Part shown: positions 60,100 to 64,000 of the stretch, piece by piece
How the letters are laid out: each line of letters begins with the position of its first letter
Numbering within the stretch: the stretch's first letter is position 1
Assembly (NCBI GenBank): GCA_963701295.1
Contig: OY969585.1
Location: 2,784,001 to 2,848,000 of the forward strand
Source of the DNA: Ignavibacteriota bacterium
GTDB taxonomy: Bacteria; Bacteroidota; Ignavibacteria; UBA10030
Direction: 5' to 3'
Length of the DNA: 64,000 bases
Program-made: the position numbers and the translations under genes
The notes under the pieces: model-generated
What the model was told of the DNA's origin: nothing
The model's database searches: none
What the model saw: the letters and a program-made list of their open reading frames with translations, nothing else

Positions 60100-63000
60100 C
60101 TACTTGATGAGAACCATTCGCCTGCTTTGTAGTCGTGTTCCAGATATTAAGACTGCAACATAGATTCCGCTTGGAAGTGCTGATGCATCAAAGTTCACCT
60201 GATAGAGCTTTCCAGGATTCGCAATTTGATCAAAAAGGTCCACTACCTTTTGACCGAGCACGTTGTACACAATCAATGTCGTGCGCGCTCTTTGAGCAAG
60301 CGTAAATTCAATTCTTGTGCTGGGATTAAATGGATTAGGATAGTTGTTAAAGAGAGAAAAATCCTTTGGCTGAGTCATAGTATTATCGCGAGAATTTATT
60401 CCTGTGGAACTGGACCCATGCACCTGCATTTCATAAATTGAATATCCCCATTGCGTGGCACGCTGTATTCCGAGCATTTGTATCCACCGTGCATCAGTAG
60501 ATATCGAAATCTTTTCAGCGCCGCCTGCACCGTTCGTCTGATGGAAAACATTTGTCCAACTAGAAAAGTCCGTCGAAGTTTTAATATAATATTCCTTTGC
60601 ATACGCCGTTTCCCAAAAGAGCGTGACGTCATCAATGTGATAAACCGAATCAAGATCGACGGTTATGGATTGTGGATCGCTGAACGCAGACGACCAGCGT
60701 GTTCCCATATTACCATCTACAGCATTAGGCCCTTCTAATCCTGTACTTTCGATTGAAGAAACTATCACCGATTTATTCAATGCAAGATTGACCGGCGGTT
60801 GAGGATACACGGTCAATAGTGTCGAAAAAGAATTATTAGTTTCCACGCATTCATCCACGGTGTTATCAGGATCGACAGTGGCACCAACACTATAATTCCC
60901 AACTGCATCTGCAGTCCAAGTATTAGTGCTATTAAACCCTGTATTGCCGCAAATCAAAGCCATGCCACCTGCTAGAATCGAACTAGTAAAATTATCCGAC
61001 CAGCATACTTGTTGACCATTCACGTTGAAAGAAACCTTCAAAGGAGAACCTGCAATTGTCGCTGCTGTTCCTTGGTTCTTTACCGATGCCAGAAATATTA
61101 CTTTTTGTCCAGGCAACGGATATGGTGGTACCATTTTGATGTTGGTGATGAGCAGGTCAGGTTTCTTTGGACCTTGAGATACAGCAAAATTACCAGAAAG
61201 AGGGAGATTATCCGAAGAACCTCCAACCTGTACAATATATTTTCCCGGGTCAACTTCATACGTACTGCTGGTTTCGTTGAAGTAATAGAGTTCATCTGCG
61301 GTTACTGTGAACGTTACGGTCACCGTTTGTCCCGGATTGATTGCAACACGCTTGAATCCTTTTAATTGCTTCACGGGCATTGCTACAGATGACGATGAAT
61401 CACTGAGGTACAATTGAACCACTTCGTCTCCTAGCCGCGACCCAGAATTCGTTACATCCACGGTCACTGTTACTTGTTCACCCGGATTAACAGCGACAGG
61501 TGTAATGACAAGATTGCTATATGAAAATGTTGAATAACTCAATCCAAAACCAAATGCATATTGAGGTGTATATCCCATTTTGTCAAACCAACGGTATCCT
61601 CGTCCGTAGCCCGTATTGAAATCATCATTTTGCAGCCAAGGTGGTAGCTGAGTATCGCTCTTCGGCATCGTTACAGGAAGTTTTCCGCCAGGATTGTAAT
61701 CGCCAAAAAGAACATCGGCGAGTGCAGTTCCCCCTTCCTGCCCGGGATAAAATGCATACACCAATCCTTTAATACTTTCGGCATTGAGACCGCAGATACC
61801 CCCGCTAAAGAGAACGACAATAATATTTAAATTTACTGCAGCTAGTGCATCAATAAGATCTTGTTGCTTTCCAGGTATTTGAATCGATCCGCCAACCCGG
61901 TCAAATCCCTCACCTTCCTGACTTCCATTGAGTCCTCCACAGTAGATCACAACATCAGATGTTGCGGCAATTGTTCGTGCAGCCGCGAAGCTACTTGTAT
62001 CCGCGCTATTAATATCACAACCCTTCGCATACAGAACTTTGTTCGCACCGATCTTCGCTTCTATTCCTTGCTTGGGACTGACAGTGTAGAAAGGTGTAAC
62101 ATATGCACTGCCGGATCCATCAATTTGCAACGTCGCCGCACTGGGACCAATGAGTGCCACGCTATTGATAGTGCTTTTATTTAAAGGAAGAATATTATCT
62201 TGATTTTTGAGAAGCACTAGTGATTTGCGGCCTGCTTCCAAGCATAGCTGTTGATGAGCACTGCTATTTACATCATCGGGGTTGCCAGGAGGTTGATAAT
62301 CAAGCATCCCTGCAAGAATCTTCGTTCGCAAGACTCGACGTACTGCTTCATCAATAACCGATTGTGGAACGGTACCATTAGCAACAAGTGAAGGGAGATT
62401 GTTCTTGTAATCGTCAGAGCCCATACAAATATCGCAACCAGCTTTGATGGCATATTCAGTAGTCCAAATTGAACCCCAATCTGAAACAACATAATATGGA
62501 AATCCCCAATGTGTTTTGAGTATGGTCGTAAGCAGATTATAATTTTCTGCACACTTCTGTCCGTTAATTTGGTTATATGCGTTCATCACGCAGAACGCGC
62601 CTCCCCGCTGAACTGCTGTTCTGAATGCTAGTCCGGCATCTTCATGCAGAACACGCTGGCTCGCTGTAATATTGTTCGACGTCCGACCATTTTCCCGATG
62701 GTTCGCATTATAATGTTTGATGGTTGCAATGCACGGTGTTGACTGAATCCCTTGAACTACAGCAGTTGTGATCTGAGCACACAAATAAGGATCTTCGCCT
62801 CCAGTTTCCGGACTCCGCCCATTACGCGGATCTCGATCTATATCAAGACAGGGTCCAAGAGCTTGATGCTTTCCTTTCCCTCGAAATTCTTTTCCCATCG
62901 CCTCACCAATGCGATGTGCAAGTTCAACATCCCACATCGATGCCATCCCAATGCCAACAGGAAAGCTTGTTGCCAATCCATCGCGAACCCCATGTGGTCC

Positions 63001-63261
63001 ATCTGACATGATAAATCCTGGTACTCCCAGCCGCATGTTGTCAGCCGTATTAAAACCACCTTCTGCATGAAGCTGCGTGATTTTTTCATCCATCGTCATC
63101 TTACTCAGCAGCGTGTCGATTCGTGTTTCAACAGTTTGTGCGCTCACTTTGAAGCTACTTAGTGAAAAAAGGATCCCTAAAAGCGTCAACCTCATAAAAT
63201 ATTTATTTTTCAGGATCGATGTATTCATAATTATTTTCTTTATTAAGAGTATCTCATACAT
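60100..63261 (-). CDS. GH3 beta-glucosidase + Fn3 + CARDB + F5/8(CBM32) + T9SS CTD
   Basis: SDGPHGVR, RDPRNGRSPE..GEDP, VSDWG; AVDGNMGTRWSS; CTD. Confidence 0.92.
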   Translation of the reverse strand: MYEILLIKKIIMNTSILKNKYFMRLTLLGILFSLSSFKVSAQTVETRIDTLLSKMTMDEKITQLHAEGGFNTADNMRLGVPGFIMSDGPHGVRDGLATSFPVGIGMASMWDVELAHRIGEAMGKEFRGKGKHQALGPCLDIDRDPRNGRSPETGGEDPYLCAQITTAVVQGIQSTPCIATIKHYNANHRENGRTSNNITASQRVLHEDAGLAFRTAVQRGGAFCVMNAYNQINGQKCAENYNLLTTILKTHWGFPYYVVSDWGSIWTTEYAIKAGCDICMGSDDYKNNLPSLVANGTVPQSVIDEAVRRVLRTKILAGMLDYQPPGNPDDVNSSAHQQLCLEAGRKSLVLLKNQDNILPLNKSTINSVALIGPSAATLQIDGSGSAYVTPFYTVSPKQGIEAKIGANKVLYAKGCDINSADTSSFAAARTIAATSDVVIYCGGLNGSQEGEGFDRVGGSIQIPGKQQDLIDALAAVNLNIIVVLFSGGICGLNAESIKGLVYAFYPGQEGGTALADVLFGDYNPGGKLPVTMPKSDTQLPPWLQNDDFNTGYGRGYRWFDKMGYTPQYAFGFGLSYSTFSYSNLVITPVAVNPGEQVTVTVDVTNSGSRLGDEVVQLYLSDSSSSVAMPVKQLKGFKRVAINPGQTVTVTFTVTADELYYFNETSSTYEVDPGKYIVQVGGSSDNLPLSGNFAVSQGPKKPDLLITNIKMVPPYPLPGQKVIFLASVKNQGTAATIAGSPLKVSFNVNGQQVCWSDNFTSSILAGGMALICGNTGFNSTNTWTADAVGNYSVGATVDPDNTVDECVETNNSFSTLLTVYPQPPVNLALNKSVIVSSIESTGLEGPNAVDGNMGTRWSSAFSDPQSITVDLDSVYHIDDVTLFWETAYAKEYYIKTSTDFSSWTNVFHQTNGAGGAEKISISTDARWIQMLGIQRATQWGYSIYEMQVHGSSSTGINSRDNTMTQPKDFSLFNNYPNPFNPSTRIEFTLAQRARTTLIVYNVLGQKVVDLFDQIANPGKLYQVNFDASALPSGIYVAVLISGTRLQSRRMVLIK

Positions 63262-63363
63262 TAGTATTTATTCGTATTCATCCCCGACACCTTGACATAT
63301 CCTTCATTCAAGCGGCAGTTTTTAAATTGACTAAACCGAATGAATTTCCATAATGTGTTATTC

Positions 63364-64000
63364 CTATGGAATTGTTTTTGTGAGTTGTTCGTATTCCTTA
63401 ATCCAATCCCACTGCTGCATAAGAAGAGGGACGGCAGTCATCATTCCTCCGAAACCCATAAAACGCTGTGTAAACATTGAGATCAACGACGGCTTGACCA
63501 ATTTCAGTTTTTCATAATCAATACTCACTTGTTGTTCATGTGCGAGTTTTGCAATAAAGCGATTGGTTGTCTGCTTCCGCTTCTCAATCATCAATCGCTC
63601 TCTTATGTTCTGACAAAGGGTATCAAAACCGACGATCGCTTCCTTTGTGCGTCGTTTGCCGAGGACAGTGAAGAGTGAATAACCTTCTTCCAATTTGACC
63701 GGACCGACAAGTGTTCCTGTATCTGCAAGCAGGGCACGGAAACCGATTTCGGGATGTTGAAGGACTACAAAATAGCCAGACTCACCACCATTCTTCATCC
63801 ACTCCGCACGTATGGAATATTGAGGCACCATTTCCACAAGAGTTTTCCCGCGTTGAAGTTCATTGATTATCCGTGTCGCATCTTCTAGAGTATACACCAA
63901 AATTTCACGCACATTGACCTCATAGTATCGACCAAAAAATTCTTTGGTCTTGAGGAGATGCTCAACGATATCTTCGATAGTAACTTTGACACTATCGCGG
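63364..64000 (-). CDS. SurA/PPIase-like protein, C-terminal part (runs off window)
   Basis: Frame open to the window end; LVGPVKL..GYSLF and a C-terminus resembling 10535..12313. Confidence 0.55.
   Translation of the reverse strand, partial: RDSVKVTIEDIVEHLLKTKEFFGRYYEVNVREILVYTLEDATRIINELQRGKTLVEMVPQYSIRAEWMKNGGESGYFVVLQHPEIGFRALLADTGTLVGPVKLEEGYSLFTVLGKRRTKEAIVGFDTLCQNIRERLMIEKRKQTTNRFIAKLAHEQQVSIDYEKLKLVKPSLISMFTQRFMGFGGMMTAVPLLMQQWDWIKEYEQLTKTIP

Noticed and set aside
727-63295. Numerous short antisense ORFs in the six-frame track
   Set aside because: They are shadows of long, motif-bearing genes on the opposite strand with no independent support.

Overview
AT-rich bacterial chromosomal DNA from an FCB-group organism, probably Ignavibacteria-like (inferred from many QNYPNPFNP-type T9SS sorting domains and a PorV-family gene). 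It has four parts. (1) 1-35.3 kb: a minus-strand glycan-utilisation region (GH105, decayed GH3, GH31, GH35, GH59, CotH, CBM-like protein, LacI, frameshifted hybrid two-component system). It is built around a SusD-less module of TonB receptor + large T9SS-like protein + PorV + PPIase-like protein. (2) 35.6-50.3 kb: an 11-cassette integron array on the minus strand, with homogeneous attC sites (ten full-length at about 150-220 bp, one truncated), an attI and a candidate Pc, but no intI. Cargo includes a TIR + transmembrane defence-like pair in first position and three T9SS-secreted proteins. One attC is interrupted by an IS1111-type IS110 element. Its 3' non-coding RNA carries four readable guide segments matching the attC target and the element's own circle junction (bridge/seekRNA). 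Three other attC sites carry short REP-like hairpin insertions. (3) 50.6-56.7 kb: an ECF sigma module, bacterioferritin, and a phage-type integrase beside an attP-like site containing only the 5' half of tRNA-Arg(CCT). (4) 57-64 kb: a beta-glucan locus (GH16, GH5-CBM6, GH3). All family calls come from motif recognition by eye, not database searches.
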